From NCBI GenBank assembly GCA_900545015.1, contig UQXJ01000005.1, positions 2,668 to 66,667 on the forward strand: 64,000 nt of DNA, written 5' to 3'. The stretch comes from an uncultured Mollicutes bacterium (GTDB lineage: Bacteria; Bacillota_I; Bacilli_A; RFN20; CAG-826). Of the stretch, positions 61,532 through 64,000 are shown one piece after another; position 1 is the stretch's first letter; every line of letters starts with the position of its first letter. The notes under the pieces are model-generated. The model searched no databases. It was not told the origin of the DNA and saw only the letters and a program-made list of their open reading frames with translations. Made by a program: the position numbers and the translations under genes.

Positions 61532-62291
61532 ATTTATAATGTCAATGACAGTTGACGCAATGTTTTTAGCATTAATTGCTATCTTATCCTTTGTACCTTA
61601 CATTGGATATATTTCAATCGGACCTATTAGTTTTACTATTATTCACATCATTGTTTTAATTGGCGCTCTCTTATTTGGAACAGGTAAAGGTACATTATAT
61701 GGATTATTTTTTGGATTATTTTCATTATTTAAAGCATTAACTTACCCAGGAACATTAGATTATTTATTTGTTAACCCATTTGTTAGTGTTTTACCAAGAG
61801 TATTATTTGGTTTAGTTAGTGGCTTAGTTTTTGATTGTGTTAGAAAAAGAACAACATTCAAAAATTATTTACTTATTTGTGCTCCACTCGCTGGATTATT
61901 AACATTTGTACACACATTCTTAACTTTAACTTGTTTATATGTTTTTGGCTATTTAGATATCTTTCAAATTAGCAAATTCTTAGGAATAAGTGAATTAATT
62001 GAACAAGCAAATAATTCATTCGGTAACTTCTGGAACTTCCTTTTAGCCTGTATTGCTCCAGGCACAGTTTGTGAAATTGCAGCAGGCGCTATCATTTCAC
62101 CATTATTATTTGCAGCTTTATATAAAGGTTTTGGAAAAGGAATTCTTGCTCAAAATGGCGTCGTTCTTCCTTTTAGAGAAGAAGGCGAAGATACATTAAG
62201 CAAAAAAAGTCTTATCTTAATTGTTGTAGGTTTAGGCGTTTTAGCAGTTGCTCTTTGCGCAATATTATTAGTTTTATTTTATACAAAATAA
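61518..62291 (+). CDS. ECF-transporter S component (pantothenate-specific by context)
   Basis: AGGAG at 61507-61511 before ATG 61518. About six TM helices of S-component size. Overlaps the coaX end. Confidence 0.55.
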   Translation: MKKNKFIMSMTVDAMFLALIAILSFVPYIGYISIGPISFTIIHIIVLIGALLFGTGKGTLYGLFFGLFSLFKALTYPGTLDYLFVNPFVSVLPRVLFGLVSGLVFDCVRKRTTFKNYLLICAPLAGLLTFVHTFLTLTCLYVFGYLDIFQISKFLGISELIEQANNSFGNFWNFLLACIAPGTVCEIAAGAIISPLLFAALYKGFGKGILAQNGVVLPFREEGEDTLSKKSLILIVVGLGVLAVALCAILLVLFYTK

Positions 62292-62325
62292 ATAATTTAT
62301 TTATAAGTTATTATAAAATTTATAG

Positions 62326-62358
62326 AACTCTGATTAAAATTTTAGTCGGAGTTTTTTA
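62326..62358 (+). terminator. Putative terminator after the ECF S-component gene
   Basis: AACTCTGA (62326-62333) pairs with TCGGAGTT (62346-62353), including one G-U pair, followed by a T-run. Confidence 0.5.
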
Positions 62359-62484
62359 TTTGCATAGCTTTAGAAAAATATTGTTTTCTTACTTTTAAAT
62401 CGGTTTTTAAACTTTATGAGACAATATGAAAATAAAGGTTCCTTGTTTTTCTAAATAATCTACTTTAAAATATTGTTATTGATT

Positions 62485-63114
62485 ATGAAAAAGGCAATAT
62501 TTTTTGATCTTGATGGAACTTTATGGGATGCTCTAGTACCTTTAACTGATTCCTGGAATAAAGCAATGATAGATAATAAAACAAACTATCGTTTTAATGT
62601 ACCTTTAATGAAGAGTTTTATGGGACTTACTCCTGAAGAAACTCTACCTTTAGCATTCCCTGGAACATCAAAAGAAGAAGGGATGAAACTTTTTCAAATT
62701 TGTTTAAAAAGTGAACTTGAGTTTTTAGCTATTCATCCTGGAGTTCTATATCCAAATGAAATAGAAATCCTATCAATTTTAAAGAAAAAATATCCTTTAT
62801 ATATAGTTTCAAATTCTGATAAAGGTTATATTGAAAACTATTTAGAAGCTTGTAAAATGGAAAGTTTTTTTGAGGGACATTTATGCGCTGGTGATACAGG
62901 CTTAGCAAAATGGCAAAACATTAAAAAATTACAACACGATGAAAATATTGATGAAGTTATATATATTGGCGATACTAAAAAAGATATGGTAGAAAGTGAC
63001 AAAGCTGGAGCTATTTTTATTCATGCAAGTTATGGCTTTGGCAAAATTGAAAATACTAAATATAAGATTTTATCTTTAGATGAGTTACCACAACTTATCG
63101 ATAAAATTTTTTAA
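62485..63114 (+). CDS. HAD-superfamily hydrolase (phosphoglycolate phosphatase-like)
   Basis: FFDLDGTLWD motif I. VSNS motif II. GDTKKDM motif IV. Confidence 0.7.
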   Translation: MKKAIFFDLDGTLWDALVPLTDSWNKAMIDNKTNYRFNVPLMKSFMGLTPEETLPLAFPGTSKEEGMKLFQICLKSELEFLAIHPGVLYPNEIEILSILKKKYPLYIVSNSDKGYIENYLEACKMESFFEGHLCAGDTGLAKWQNIKKLQHDENIDEVIYIGDTKKDMVESDKAGAIFIHASYGFGKIENTKYKILSLDELPQLIDKIF

Positions 63115-63170
63115 AATATTGGCGTTTTGTAGGGAATTTTCGATAAAAATCTCTAAGAATGGAGTGGTTT

Positions 63171-64000
63171 ATGGGAAATAATGTAAACACAAACGATGGT
63201 GCACCAAAACTTAAGCTCAACTACAAAAGAACAATTATTATTGGATTTGCCTTTTTTGGTATCTTACTTTTGTGGCAAGTTTACGACTCATGGTGTCCAT
63301 CAATTTTAACTGAACTTTTTAAAGAAGTATTAAATGCTGATAACGAAAAAGAAGTTCAATACCTTGTTGGTATGATGATGGCTCTTGATAATTTAGCTGC
63401 CTTAATTATGCTACCTATATTTGGTCATCTATCAGACAAAACACATACTAAAATTGGAAAGAGAATGCCTTATATTTTAGTAGGCACATTCTTGTGTGCA
63501 ATCGCATTTCCATTTATTCCAGTTTTGTTTCATTATCACAATTTAGCAGGAACAATAGGAGTAATGGCTGTTACAGTATTTTTTGCAATGATGTATAGAA
63601 ATCCTGCAGTTGCTTTAATGCCTGATATCACACCTAAACCTTTAAGAAGTAAAGCTAATGGTATTATCAATATTATGGGTTACATTGGTGGCGCATGCGC
63701 AACAATTGTCGGTATTGCTTTTGCACTTACAACATATTTAGGGCCTAGTAGTGAAAATTGGATTAATCATACAGGGAATATTTGGGTCATTGAAGCACCT
63801 TTCTTAATTGCTTCAGTTTTAATGGTTATCAGCGCTTTAGTTTTATTCTTCTCTATCAACGAAAACAAGATTGAAAAAGAAGTTGCTGGCGATTTAGCTC
63901 TTGGAGAAAAAATGGCAGCTGTTCAAAGCGAAGTTACACATGATGATTCTAAGCCAATGTCTAAAGCAAATAAGATTATGCTTTTCTTAATTTTAGGAGC
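63171..64000 (+). CDS. MFS transporter of the glycoside-pentoside-hexuronide/SLC45-like type (3' end outside the window)
   Basis: My translation from ATG 63171 (GGAG RBS): MGNNVNTNDGAPKLKLNYKRTIIIGFAFFGILLLWQV...PIFGHLSDKTHTKIGKRMPYILVG. Open to the window end. Not in the ORF track because no stop is reached. Confidence 0.65.
   Translation, partial: MGNNVNTNDGAPKLKLNYKRTIIIGFAFFGILLLWQVYDSWCPSILTELFKEVLNADNEKEVQYLVGMMMALDNLAALIMLPIFGHLSDKTHTKIGKRMPYILVGTFLCAIAFPFIPVLFHYHNLAGTIGVMAVTVFFAMMYRNPAVALMPDITPKPLRSKANGIINIMGYIGGACATIVGIAFALTTYLGPSSENWINHTGNIWVIEAPFLIASVLMVISALVLFFSINENKIEKEVAGDLALGEKMAAVQSEVTHDDSKPMSKANKIMLFLILG

Overview
This is an AT-rich window (about 30% GC by eye), gene-dense and almost entirely plus-strand. 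It comes from a low-GC Bacillota/Mollicutes-like bacterium using the standard genetic code: TGA acts as a stop at 2130-2132, 10538-10540 and 51032-51034. I found no rRNA, tRNA, CRISPR array, transposase or integrase.

Layout:
- (a) 11-8688: one tightly coupled operon. It encodes two paralogous exported proteins with SipW-cognate (TasA/BsaA-style) signal peptides, a membrane-anchored McrB-family AAA+ NTPase, a nuclease-less coiled-coil partner split by one in-frame TAA, the SipW signal peptidase, an EAL phosphodiesterase and a degenerate nucleosidase-like protein.
- (b) 8750-20735: a surface and c-di-GMP block. It holds an SBP-like lipoprotein, a BspA-type LRR lipoprotein interrupted by an A7 frameshift, and a GGDEF-TM-sensor-TM-GGDEF*-EAL protein. 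A candidate c-di-GMP-I (GEMM-I) riboswitch precedes a protein with degenerate GGDEF/EAL domains.
- (c) 20869-28680: mscS plus a complete F1Fo ATP synthase operon (atpIBEFHAGDC).
- (d) 28818-43436: housekeeping genes, including the Firmicutes-type priA...rlmN-PP2C-STK-rpe...rpmB cluster. Here it lacks def/fmt/rsgA/PASTA domains and carries a catalytically degenerate RsmB homolog.
- (e) 44409-49870: a Wadjet/MksBEF-like jetABC operon with no jetD.
- (f) 49898-64000: glgCDA, csoR-copA with its operator, a T-box(Leu)-leuS unit, a membrane GT2 synthase, coaX plus an ECF S-component, a HAD hydrolase and a partial MFS transporter.

The best candidate for a previously undescribed system is the SipW/TasA-like operon with the embedded McrB-like NTPase module, coupled to c-di-GMP turnover. 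All functional calls rest on motif recognition by eye; no database search was run.
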